DNA of 64,000 nucleotides from Azolla caroliniana (taxonomy: Eukaryota; Plantae; Polypodiophyta): positions 22,010,001 to 22,074,000 of the forward strand of contig JBHGNT010000006.1 of the NCBI GenBank assembly GCA_043228905.1, read 5' to 3'. Positions within the stretch are counted from its first letter, which is position 1, and every line of letters begins with the position of its first letter. A program made the position numbers and the translations under genes. The notes below the pieces were generated by a model. That model saw only the letters and a list, made by a program, of their open reading frames with translations, was not told the origin of the DNA and did not search any database. Below, piece after piece: positions 11,481 to 23,630 of the stretch.

Positions 11481-14400
11481 ACATGCCTGTGCAACTGCGC
11501 CTGTCTTACCTTCGTTTCTTCCATGATAACACGTTGTCTGGCCACTTGGGTTTTCATAAGGTGCTAGACAAAATCTGTTGCAAATTCTATTGGCCGGGGC
11601 TACGCCACGAGGTTGCCTCCTACATCAAAGCATGCAACTTATGTTAGGCCATCAAATCACCTCAAGTTGCTCTAGGCCTCTTACATCCGATACATGTTCA
11701 AGCTCCATTTGAAATCGTCGGATGGGACATTATGGGCCCCTTTCCCGAGTCACAAGAAGGGAACAAATTCATCCTCGTCATAACTGAGTACTTGACGCGT
11801 TGGGCTGAGATGGTCGTTATCCCAGATGCGAAGGCTATGACCATCGCCTCCAAACTATTGGAGAAAATCATCTTCCCCCACGGTTGCCCACTCCCAATCT
11901 TGTCTGATCGAGGACCCCAGTTCAACAGTGACCTCCTACGCCTCATTTCAATTAGGAATCCAACAATTATTCATGTCACCCTACCATCCGCAGACGAATG
12001 GATTGACGGAGCGCCTCAATCGAACCTTAAAACAACAAATCTCGGCCTACATCGATCCGTTGCACTCGACTTGGAACCGGATCTTGGCCTTCGTTACGAA
12101 TGCCTACAACACAACTGTGCAAGCCTCCACCCACATTAGCCCATTTTGGGCCCTTTACGGAAGGGACCCGCGCTTACCCCCCAGAAGTGGCAGTCCCGCA
12201 ACCAATCACGTGACTCGACTCTGACACAGTGTCCTGGTGGTCCCACCTGCAACAACTCCAACCCCTCCTCCGCAAAGCCATCACGAGCAACCTACACCAA
12301 GCACAGCTATGCCAAAAAGGACAACACGACGCAGGCCGCGCCGACCATCAATACCACGGCCTCAGCGAGTCGCTCATGCACCGATGGATCGGTCCCTTTG
12401 AAGTTCAAAAGCAGATACGCAAAACTACATATCTGCTCCGCCGCGCCTCCAACAACCGCTCTACCTTTGCCCACCAGTCTCGCATGAAGCCCTTCCATCA
12501 GCTACCATTGCCCCTGCCCACGCCCACGCCTGTGTCATCCGCCCGCCTAGAACCGTTGTTCACGCCTCGTCGCAATCCGACCGCACAATAACTTTTTTGT
12601 ACAAGGGGGAACAGTGGCGGTCACACGGACCACACCCAAATTAGGCCCCTACCAAGCCCCCATAATTAGAAGAGCTAATTGGAGCGGGAGAACACCCTCC
12701 ACGCTAAGAGTAGTCTATAAAATGTAACTTGGAAGGTAATGGAAGGGGGGCTATTCTTGAGAGCATTTCACAATACTACAATCACATTGATTTATAAATC
12801 AACAATTTAGGAAGTGAGCTAATAAATCTACAATCTACAATCACATTGATATGAATATACAAAAAAACATTAGAAAACTACAATTACATTGATTTAATAA
12901 AACTACAATCACATAGTTGGTATGACGTACACTTAATTCATTGTTCTTGATTTCAATTGTTTCCTTTTGAAGTGCTTTTCCTTATCAGAGTTTATTAAGT
13001 TCTATTCGATTTCGAGCAACATTGCCTCAATGTAATTCATTTCTATGTCACTTTCTATGTTACTTTCCATCTTATGTTTCAAATTTCAATATCAAGAATT
13101 TCTATGGCTGAAAGCCAAAAGGTTCAATGGTGATTATCTCTCTCCAGAGGCCAAATTTCAATTAGATGAAAAACGTGGACAACTAGTAAAATTCTCTACA
13201 TTATTACAAATCCTATATGGCCAAGAGGTATCACTTTTCAGCACATTAAAACCTTCTCAATCCCATGCAAGACAAGTCACAAACCTATGACAAATATGCA
13301 TCATGCAAATTGTTGTTTCTCTTCCTCTTTCAATTATTCGATTAAAAAAACCAAAAAAATGGGTAGTGAAGGGGCGGGGAAGGGCGGCATGTCTAGTTTT
13401 CTTATCCCTTGAATGATGCATCCATTATTTGAGAAAAACATGCATTTGTAGTATGTACAGCCTCAAATTAAAGCTCATTTGCACATGCAAACATCCATAA
13501 TTCCATAATCCCATTTAGTGTTTTATGAGTTCTTTGGTTTTTTCCCAAAAATTGGTTTTAGGTTTTGATCTCATGCTCATTGATCAATGGGACATTGGAA
13601 ACACATGATTTAACAATTGTATAGACATTAGAAATACATGAATTTGACAACAATTTACCTTCACGCTTCCAAGAAGAATCAAACGGGACAATTTGGTAAG
13701 GCGGCAAGTTGTAGGCGGGTCGACGGTGAGAAGTAGCACCGAGCACTGAGGAATCAAAAATTAGAAATTAGAATTGATGGAAGATTGCGCCCTGTTCATT
13801 TCATCCTTCACAGAAATCTGATTCTCACGATTTTCTCCTCACTACTCACTCAGAGCTCTGGATTCTCTACACTCGACTCTCAATTACGATTCACGAACAC
13901 TCACAGCTCTCGATTCTCAACTCTCGACTCTCAATTCAGATTCATGAACACTCAGACTCTCAGACTCGTCATTCCTCACAACCCGTCAGAAACCCCCCCC
14001 CCAAAAAAAAACCTCCCAAAAAAGCAAAAAAAAAAACCAAACGAATATCGCGTATCATACGCGTACGTTTGCAAACGTTCGCGTACGTCTAGTAAATTGG
14101 ACGTACACGAATATTAGAAACTATGAAGCAACATTCTCATTACTTAATATCGAAATTAATACATAGAAGGAAATGGACAAAATCCAATTATTGATGTTAT
14201 TAAATACTTGACAGAGCACTAAAACATAGTTTTCACGGGAGGTCTTTGAGTTCATCACTAAATGAAAACAAAAACTTTGTTTACTTGATATCTAAATTAG
14301 TGCATGGAAGGAAATAGACCTAATCCAATTGTTAGTCTGATCTCATACTTGACGGTGCGCTCGAAAATAGATTTTGACCATATCCAATATTTGTAAGCTT

Positions 14401-14574
14401 TTATAACTCGTTTCATCTGATTACCTATACATTATTTATAAGCTTTCATAGCATAGTTGCTAAACAAACGTATTTAGTAGCAATTTGAATGTAAGCTTTT
14501 ATTGCACATTTGGACAGGAAAGTTATTGCATACTTGTTTTGTAGTTCAGTTTGAATGTAATAACCTAAATTTAA

Positions 14575-14648
14575 GCTTTCATAGCTCAGTTGGTTATTGC
14601 ACTTGTTTTGTAAGCGAGAGGTCTTGAGCTCAAGTCTCAATGAAAGCA
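14575..14648 (+). pseudogene. tRNA-Thr CGT-type copy with anticodon mutated to TGT; D stem and B box damaged
   Basis: ...ttattgcacttgtttTGTaagcgag...gagctcaagtctc. Confidence 0.7.
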
Positions 14649-15029
14649 AACGCTTCGTTTATTTGATATCTAAGTCATTCCATGGAAAGTAGTAGATAGA
14701 AGCCAATTGTTGTAGACGTGAAATTTGATGAAGGTGTTATACATATGTGTTGACCATATCCAAATATTGTAAGCTCTCATAACTTGTTTGCATAGATCAT
14801 CGATACTTTATTTTCACCTATACTATATATTTGTAAGCTTTTATAGCATGATTGATACATAGCAGATCTGATCAATAAGCTACTTAGTAATAACCTTGAA
14901 TGTAAGCTTTCATAGCTTAGTTGGTTCGAGCACCTATGTTTGGTAAGCAAGGTTATTTAGTAACAAGTTTGGATGTAAGCTTTGATAGCACATCGATGAA
15001 TAAGCTAGTTGGTTATAATTTGAATGTAA

Positions 15030-15103
15030 GCTTTCATAGCTCAGTTGGTTAGAGCACTTGTTTAGTAAGTGGGAGGTCTTGAGTTCAATTCTCAATGAAA
15101 GCA
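15030..15103 (+). tRNA. tRNA-Thr(AGT), anticodon stem weakened by several G-U pairs
   Basis: Intact A and B boxes and acceptor stem; anticodon arm cttgt tt AGT aa gtggg. Confidence 0.7.
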
Positions 15104-15569
15104 AACACTCTCTTTACTTGATTTAACTATATTAGTGCATAGAAGGAAATGGACAAAATCCAATTATTGATGTTATTAAATACTTGACAAAGCACTAAAA
15201 CATATTTTCGATGGAGGTCTTGAGTTCATGACTAAATGAAATGAAAAACTTTATCTAGGTGATATCTAAATTACTGCATTGAAGAAAATAGACGTAATCC
15301 AATTGTTATTCTGGTCTGATACTTGACGGTGCGCTCAAACATAAAATTTGAGCATATCCAATACTTGTAAGCTTTTATAACTCGTTTGATCTGATTACCT
15401 ATACTTTATTTATAACCTTTCATAGCATAGTTGGTAAACAAATGTATTTAGTAACAAGTTTGAATGTAAGTGTGAAAGTGTTTTTAGAATTCAAGCCATT
15501 GAAAATTAGAAGAATATAAAGTATGTAGCATTTACATTTTGAGGCTAAGACCACGAACTAGAACCTTAA

Positions 15570-15759
15570 TGTTGAGAGTCGAACTCAACTTCCCATAGAG
15601 ATAGGTTTCACACTAGGTCATGGACATACCATGCTAGTCTTGTAAATAGTAGAAAGGGCCCTTGCCCTCGTTTACTTGGTATTTAAACCAACCCCTTGTA
15701 ACTTAGTTACTATTGGAAGTATGTTGGTTAATGTAACATACAGGCTTTGATCTCCGACT

Positions 15760-15805
<46 letters not shown>

Positions 15806-18800
15806 GTTTTGCCTTACGTGCATACACACACACACACACAATTATCTTCTGCTGCATTATACGACTAGCTCCATTTATTTATATGGCATGAGAGCGTGTG
15901 GTTGCTTAATCGAATCTATTCAACTGTGTTGTGATACACGTCGACGATCAACAAAACTGATTCATCAACAGAAAAGAAATCGACATAATGAACACTCAAA
16001 TGGGAAGCGCTCTTCCTACCGAGAAGCATGACAAAACGAACTTCGCATCTTGGGAATACAAGATGCATCAATACTTTGTCGAACAAGGTTATTGGAGCTA
16101 CATTGAAGCAGCTCACGAAACTTAACCCAACCCAACACATGACGACTATCCCACTTGGGAGCAGGCCACAAGATGAGTGGTGTATTGTATTGCCTTGCAT
16201 CATGTGTTCATGATCATATGCTTCGCTATATGCGAGATTCGAAAACAATGAAAGAAGCTTGGGAAAATCTCAAGAAGATTTTTGTGGCCAACACGGTTGC
16301 ATGAAAGCTCCAACTTCGATAGGAGCCAAACAACATGCAACAAAGGGACATGTTGATCACATGCTATACCTTAAAGATCAAGGAGTTGTGCGATGCCCAC
16401 GGTTTGATTAATGTCGTAATCGACGATGAAGAGATGGTGCAAATATGCCTCGATGCTTTAGCACCCCGATTTGGCTCGATTAGATCGGCCATCCTTGCAA
16501 GGGAGAACCCTCCTTCATTTTTTGATCTCCAATCAATATTGTTGGTTGAGGAAAATCACACCCGAAAAAAGAGCAACACACCAGAGGGTCATATGCTCTA
16601 CTCCCAGTCGGATGATAGTAGAAATTTCGTCCATGGAAATAGAGGTCTATTCGAACAAGGCCGTAATTGTTGGCAGACTCAAGAGCGTAACTCCCACCAA
16701 TTGCAATGGGACAGGAACGGTCCCAGAGAGTTTGGTAGAAGGGGGAGTCATCACGCCGAACCAAGCAATCGTAATACCCCGATCGAATGCGGGTATCTGA
16801 CAGCTCACGAATTACGCATCGAATTCTGACTACAACAATCATAGTGGAATGTTTACAAATTACGCCACGAATTCTGATTACGGTGACCGTGACAGAATGT
16901 TCGTAATGAGGCACAAAGCACAGTTGATGTCAGTACAGGCCTCAACTAGCGCCTCCACCTCAAATAACGTATGGTTTGTTGACTCGGGAGCATCCAACCA
17001 CATGATGTCTCATGAAGATTGGTTTCAGGAATTACAAAAACCCGAATGACTCGAATATGCTGAGACAGGCGATGGCACGACTCATCCAATACAACATATC
17101 GGGAAAATCCCATTCGGGAACAATGGCAAGCAAACCTATCTCAAGAACGTACTGCATGTACCTACCATCACGAAAAACTTGGTCTTGGTCGGCCAGATTG
17201 TTGAACAAGGAATGCAGGTATGATTCAACAATGATGGGTGCTTTATCAAAAGAGGAGATCAAGTCGTAGCTCACGGCCGTTGTGAAGGTCGTATGTTTGT
17301 CCTCGAATTGAACGAGGTAAAATCGGCCATGTTTGCAAAGGGCCTCAAAGTCGAAACCGACCTAAACTTGTGGCACAAGAGAATTGGTCACATCAATCTC
17401 CAGAAGCTTCAGAACATGCAATCGAAAGGAGTCATAATAGGACTCCCAAATTTTACCACAAAAGAGATTACGAGCGTATGCAAAGTATACCAGTTCAGAA
17501 AGCAACGCCGACATCCATTCCTGAAAGAGCGGAATGTGAGCAAATGGATCTTGGATGTCGTACATTCAGATGTATGGGGACCAGCCTAGATAAGCACACT
17601 CAGCGGATGCCAATATTTTGTCACGTTCATCTACCAAAAGAGCGAAGTGTTCGGATACGTCCAGAGATTCAAAGTCGAGACGTATTCTTCGATGAGTTCG
17701 CATCCTCGTATGCACCAGAAACAACTTCGACTCTGACTCCGCTCGACCCGGAATCCACCGAAATGGAGATAGAAGACGAAGATCGGCTCACACGCATGTT
17801 CGAAGAAAGTCCGATTACTACACGACTTAGTGGACCACGGGAGCCCCCGAGTGACCAAAGCACATTTCGACCGAGTCCGAAACTCGATAAAGGAAAGGCC
17901 AAGATGTCCGAATACGAAGATCCAATCAACAACGCGTTGACTCACTCCCTCGACAGTGACTTCGAAGGCCTAGACATCCCAATCATCCAGACAGATGGAG
18001 CGAAGAAAGCTTTAGTATCCGCAAACGAGAAACTCCTCTAAACGACCTGTGAAAAGAACCCCATAAGCCGTTTCGACTACAACGATTATATGGTGTACCA
18101 TTACGCCTTCATGATGAAGGTAGGGTTAGTACGGGAACCGGAGACGCTTTCTGAAGCCGTGATGGGTCGATGCGATGAATGAGGAAATGGAAGCGTTATA
18201 CAAAAATGAGACATGGGATCTCATCTCTCACACACCGCACAAGAAAGGGATTGGTTGTCATTGGATTTACAAAGTGAAACACAATGCCGGCGGCTCCGTA
18301 AATCGCTTTAAAGCACGGCTCGTTGCGAAAGGATACGTGCAAACGCACGGCGTAGACTATGAAGAGACCTTTGCCCAGGTGGCAAAAATGACAACTATGT
18401 GGACCATAATTGCAATCACAGTAGCAAAAGGGTGACACCTCCACCAGATGGACATCAAGAAAACCTTTCTTCAAGGAGAATTGGAAGAGGAGGTGTACAT
18501 GATCCAACCACCCGGTTTTGAATCGCGCAATCATCCGAACGTCGTGTGCCACCTCAAGAAGCCACTATACAGCCTCAAACATGCATCCCATGCGTGGCAC
18601 TCGAAGATCATGCAATACCTTCATCAGATCGGATTTCGAATGTCAAAATCAGATACTTCCCTGTACATCCGACACAGGTCGGATAGCCTGATTGTCATCA
18701 TCCTTTACGTGGATGATTTGGTCATTGGAGGAAAGGATCTCGCCGAGATTAACAAAGTCAAATCACTTCTCTTCGATAGATTTGAAATGAAAGACCTGCA

Positions 18801-20199
18801 CCAGCTCCATTACTTCCTAGGCATTGAAGTAATTCGGACACCAGTTGGAATAATGATCTCTCAACAACACTACATTCTCAACTTGCTCTACAAGTTCGGA
18901 ATGACCGAATGCAAACCTGTGCCCACCCCTCTTTATTGTAATTTCAATATGGCGGAATGACCAAATGAAAAACTATGTCCACCCCTCTTGATCGTAATTT
19001 CAAGATGGATGTCGATTCCGGCACAACCGTGTGCGAGACAACTCAGTATTGTCAACTAATCGGCAGCTTAATCTATCTAACCATTACGTGACCTGATCTT
19101 AGTTATTCGGTCGGCCTACTTCGCCAATTCATGCAGAATACGTGAAACCTTCATCTCGATTGCGCTAAGAGGATACTCCGGTATGTCAGTACTACGATGG
19201 ATTACAACATTATGTATAAGTCAAATACAACCATTTGACTCAAAGGATACACAGATGCAGACTGGGTACGATACAAAGGGGATAGACGATCCACATCTGG
19301 ATTTGTCTTCTCCCTCGGCAGCGGAGCGATCTCCTAGAGTAGTAAGAAGCAACCGACAGTCCCACTGTCAAGCACGGAGGCCGAATACAGGGGCGTGGCA
19401 GTCCTCGCATGCGAAGCCATATGGCTTGAGTGCATACTGAAGGATCTGGGCGTTCCCATTACGGATCCAATTCTCCTCTTCTGTGACAACATGAGTAGCG
19501 TCTACCTCACTCGAAACCCTGTCTTCTACGCGCGGACTAAAAACATCGAAGTGCACTACCACTTCATCCATGAGCGCGTACAAGCCAGAGATATTGATCT
19601 ACAACATCTCAATACGCCCCTCCAGATTGCTGATATTTTTACAAAGGCCTTAGGAGTCGACAAGCTCGGGCGATTTGCATCGGACCTTGGTCTCACAACA
19701 TCGACATTGCTAAGCTTGAGACGACATGGACGTAACACAGAACGATACGCCACATGCAATGATACGTGTGTACGCAACACATAGTTAATGGAACCGAGCA
19801 CGAAGAAGAAAAGACAAACAATCTAGTTCGAGAATTATGAACGCCAAAAGCCGGATTCCAAAGACCGAACCGAAACAACTTTTTGACAGATGGAAATTGT
19901 GTTTGAAGGGGCGTGTTGAGAGTCAAACTCAACTTCCCATAGAGATAGGTTTCACACTAGCTCATGGACATACCAGGCTAGTCTTGTAAATAGTAGAAAA
20001 GGTCCTTACCCTAGTTTACTTGGTATTTAAACCAACCCCTTATAACTTAGTTACTATTGGAAGTATTTTGTTTAATGTAACATCGAGGCTTTGATCTCTG
20101 ACTTAAGCTCTGTGTGTGTGTGTGTTTTGCCTTACGGGCATACACACACATACTCAATTATCTTCTGTTGCATTACACCACTAGCTCCATTTATTTACA
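15570..20199 (+). mobile_element. Ty1/Copia LTR retrotransposon (family D), LTRs 15570-15883 and 19914-20199, degenerate
   Basis: TSD CTTAA. tRNA-iMet-like PBS tggcatgagagc at 15884. PPT gaaggggcg. WFVDSGASNHM, LWHKRIGH, FKARLVAKG, LYVDDLVI, CDNMSSV. Integrase core deleted near 17630-17675. Confidence 0.92.
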
Positions 20200-23100
20200 C
20201 TTAAGAAGAAGTCAAAAGTAAAAGTAAGAGACACAGATAAAATTAAAAAGAGAAAAAGCAAGCCACCCAAAAACAGTCGAAAATGGTCATATCTCTTTCG
20301 TTTGTCACCCAAATATCATGTTTAAATATATGTTAGAAATCTTGTAAAGAGTGTTATCTATACAAGTTTCAATCTCTAAATTTGGAGCTCGTCTGAGGGA
20401 GATATGATGATTAGAAGGTCATTGTGTCTTAACTAAAAATAGGAGATAAAAAGCTTCTAAAAATAGCGTGAGCGAGGAAGAAGAAGAAAATTTTAAATCA
20501 GGAAGTGATAGTCTTAAAGGAGGGGTCCTAATATAGAAGGAGGAGTCTTGGGAAGAGGTGTCTTAGTGGAAAAGGAAGGATCTTAGTAGTGGGTTTGAGT
20601 GATTGGAAGTAAGAAGGTCTTTGGTTTTTTAGTTCAATGTTGAGTTTATCCCCTTTGTATGGTCTTGATAATTGAATATTATAACATTCTTACCCCATTC
20701 TCATCTTCTCTATCTTTTGTGTAATTTCTTGAGTCTCCCTCTCTAATTTGTAGTTATCTTGATCTATAAAAACCATTATAATTCACAACTCCATCTAATC
20801 GGTTTGATCAAGCCCTATATTGTGAATTACTATCATCTGTCTTATACACACTATCATTTTTGACGCTCTAGGGAGGGTCGATCCTTTCCGCATAGTAGGG
20901 ATAACCTATCCTTTCTTTGTGTTACTATACTACATTAATTTAGCTATGTAGTTCTCGTTTTTGGGTGAACGAACACAAGATGTTGTGCCTTTTTGGCATC
21001 CTTTGAGCATCATGCCATCTCTATTGGACGCGTCACCGACAACGAAAAGTTGCCCTTGTTGGTAGCTACATTTTATGATCGAGCTTGAGATTGGTATGAC
21101 TCTCTTCCACCAAACGAACAAGGAGAATATCAATTGTTGGTACACCAGTTTCGTTCCAGATAGATTCCACGACGAAGTGCATTGGAAGAGAGGAGCTTTT
21201 TCGACTAAAGATGGAATCACCTTTTGGTTTCATACAGTATAAAAAGAAATTTCAAGGATGTGTGGACGATGTGGATTCGTCTTCGTGGTGGCATTGAAGA
21301 CGAGTGGTTTAAGATAGAATGATTAAAGATGGGCCTTGACATGCATTTCCATTTTGAGGCAAGCTTGAAGGATCCAACAATTTTTCAAGATCTTCTCCAA
21401 GTTTGTTAAGGTTATGATCGACAAGTGACGATGATGAGTTCCATGAGGTACCCCCAAATGATGGCTTTGGATGCAAATTTGATGCCTCACACCAATCTTC
21501 AAATCTCATCTTCAATTGTGCATGGTGGACAAGTGTTTCCAAATGTGTATACTACCATAATAATAAATTTGACAAGTGTATTTCAAGAACTGGAGCAAGA
21601 AAAAAGTGAACAAGGTACTATGTCCTTGGTGAATCCGCACTTTGACGAAGTGATGGCTCATTTGCGACAATCCCAAGCAATTCACAACTCATTTCCCGAG
21701 GGTGGTGGCTCTAGAGGGCACCAAGGACAAACCTCAACAAGATGTCCTCATCGACAACAAAGAGGCATGTGCAGAGACATGTATCAAGTGCAAAGAAATG
21801 GACAACGACCTAACAACAAGGAGAATCTAGTACCTCGAGACAAAAGAAGAAGTCTAAGGAGGAAGAGGAGAAATTGAGAAGGAGACACTCCAAAAGGAAG
21901 ATAAAGATGGAAGATATTCCTATGGGTGTAGGTATAGAAGCTTTCAATTTGAAGCAATAGTTGATATCAAGTGGACCAAGGATAACATGGCCACAACTTC
22001 TTCAATGATCTCCCACATTACGAAAGGAGTGGGAAAACCTTGCTAGTATTCGCCAAAATCGGAAGACCATGCATTATGTGGGGATCGTGCAAGTAGAAGA
22101 TCGAAAGAGTATACGACCAAACATCCCCTTCTCCATCAAGGGTTTTCACATCAAAGATTCCTTGATTGATAGCGGTGTTAAGGTAAGCTTGATTTCAAAA
22201 TGTGTAGTAACCAAAGTGGGAATTCCTATTAGTAGGTCATCTTTAACAAGGGTGGTTGTAGCAAATGGTGGAGTGGCACATTGTATTAGCATAGTTGTGG
22301 ATGTGGAGTGTTTCAGAATAAGAGATTATGATCGACAAGTGAAGATGATGAGTTCCATGGGGTTCCCCCAAATGATAGGTTTGGATGCAAAGTTGATGCC
22401 TCACACCAATCTTCAAAGCTCATCTTCAATTGTGCATGGTGGACAAGTGTTTCCAAATGTGTATACTACCACAATAATAAATCTAACAAGTGTATTACAA
22501 GAAGTGGAGCAAGAAAAAAGTGAACAAGGTACTATGTATGTCCTTGGTGAATCGGTGCTTTGACAAAGTGATGGCTCATTTGCGACAATCCCAAGCAATT
22601 CAGAACTCTATTCGCGAGGGTGGTTGCTCTAGAGGGCATCAAGGAATAACTTGTTATTCTTGTCAAGAGGAGCGATACATCTCAGCAAGATGTCCTCATC
22701 GACAACAAAGAGGTATGCGCAGAGGCACATGTATCAAGTGGAGAGGAGTGGACAACGACCTAACAACAATGGAGTCGAAGGAGATGAAGCCATAACACTT
22801 CCTATGGCTCAGGTTCCTACAATTCCTCATAATGTCAATCTTCTTAATTTTATTGGTGATAGTGATAATGCTTGTGAAGTAGCTCCTATGAAAAGGACAA
22901 GACCCTCGCAAAAGGAGAAAGAAATTGAAGGAGAATCTAGTTCCTCGAGACAAAAGAAGAAGTCTAAGGAGAATGAGGAACAGGAGAAATTCAGAAGGAG
23001 ACATTCCAAAAGGAAGATAAAGATGGAGGATATTCCTATGGGTGAAGGTGTAGAAGCTTTCAATTTGAAGCAAGAGTTGACAGGAACTATGTGGAATAAT

Positions 23101-23326
23101 CTTCGGTCACAACCGAGACTTAGGTCACTTCAATGATAATCAAACACAAAAAGATGAGAAATGGAAGTAAGTACACAAACAGAAGAGAGTGCGCAGGATG
23201 TTAACGTGGAAAACCTAAATGGGAAAAACCACGGGAGTCCACAAACTCCAACTATCACTATATCGAGAGGAATACAACAACAGGTGACCACAGAGGCAAC
23301 AACCTCTTGCTCACAATCTTTGCCTG

Positions 23327-23373
<47 letters not shown>

Positions 23374-23630
23374 AACAGTTAACCAATAACACTATAAAAA
23401 ATAAATGACAACACCCTAAGTGTTTGCCCTAGGTCATATTTATACTAATATGACATTATGACTATTTACAGATATAGCCTCAATGGGCTCACAAAAACAT
23501 ATTTACATATATGTCCCTTCATCCGGTGAGAGGTTCTCACCGGGCCTACGTTATCCGGTTCTCACCAGGTCTTCCTTACCGGGTACTCATCATCCCATCC
23601 GGAAGGACCGAAGTTCTAACAAACTCCCCC

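Larger units (their letters stand above)
7758..12591 (+). pseudogene. gag-pol remnants of the Gypsy at 7541 (CCHC knuckle, RT with YLDD, RNase H, integrase)
   Basis: CFYYNNYGHIRRHC; YPLPRINDLLDQLG...SLDLASGYWQI...MPFGL...VYLDDILI; TEKELLAI; HDNTLSGHLG; SDRGPQF; YHPQTNGLTER. Confidence 0.88.
7541..12772 (+). mobile_element. Gypsy LTR retrotransposon with 160-bp LTRs (7541-7700, 12613-12772), tRNA-Ala PBS, decayed gag-RT-RH-INT
   Basis: Near-identical direct repeats ending ttcaca. 4-bp TSD ATAC. PBS TGGTGGAGAAGACGGGC at 7704. PPT aagggggaac at 12603. Confidence 0.92.
5179..14125 (-). mobile_element. hAT-superfamily DNA transposon (interrupted by Gypsy 7541-12772)
   Basis: Termini CATAGTTCTA...TAGAAACTATG (TIR with a 1-nt indel). 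~8-bp TSD aagcaaac/aagcaac. The tRNA array resumes in register at 14126. Internal transposase present. Confidence 0.88.
14126..15470 (+). repeat. tRNA-Thr-derived array, block 2
   Basis: Same unit as block 1. Confidence 0.92.

Noticed and set aside
15765-15840. (CT)n and (CA)n microsatellites here and at 23328, 27959, 52975 and 57708
   Set aside because: Ordinary components of the Copia LTRs.
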